Shown piece after piece: positions 53,671-53,693 of a stretch of DNA of 53,693 bases. Each line of letters opens with the position of its first letter. Position 1 is the stretch's first letter. The DNA is from a virus (lineage: Duplodnaviria > Caudoviricetes): positions 1-53,693 of the IMG/VR virus record IMGVR_UViG_3300035682_001576. One strand, 5' to 3'. Position numbers and translations under genes: made by a program. The notes below the pieces were generated by a model, which was not told the origin of the DNA, ran no database searches, and was given only the letters and a program-made list of their open reading frames with translations.

Positions 53671-53693
53671 TATTGTCCTTTAATATTAGTGTT

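Overview
AT-rich segment of a large T4-like (myovirus/jumbo) phage genome. Evidence for this: rIIA/rIIB, a PAAR protein, TATAAATA-type late promoters and consensus sigma70 early promoters. Most genes are on the minus strand. Left to right it carries: small early genes, an SPFH lipoprotein, a Prs-like plus NAMPT-like pair (NARP1-type NAD+ reconstitution), an RpoZ-like protein, and a ~24-kb tRNA/ncRNA region (9.6-33.6 kb). That region has about 36 tRNA or tRNA-like genes covering all 20 amino acids, interleaved with HNH nucleases, RtcB plus a phosphoesterase and AT-rich modification-enzyme islands. After it come a macrodomain, rIIB/rIIA, a run of promoter-gene early cassettes, a biosynthetic-like cluster (ACP, PP-loop ATPase, GNATs, two desaturases, radical SAM, many Fe/2OG oxygenase-like proteins) and the start of a virion module. 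Most striking observations: (1) a leaderless 64-codon peptide using all 20 amino acids and 38 different codons, wired to a mutually exclusive antiterminator/terminator at the head of the tRNA array (candidate pan-tRNA-depletion attenuator); (2) ten RNA cassettes that share a covarying closing helix around unrelated payloads, behind sigma70 promoter plus boxA leaders; (3) an ArfA-like basic ORF whose stop codon would be removed by tRNA processing; (4) several non-canonical tRNA-like RNAs, one directly upstream of rtcB. All calls come from manual reading; no database searches or folding programs were run.
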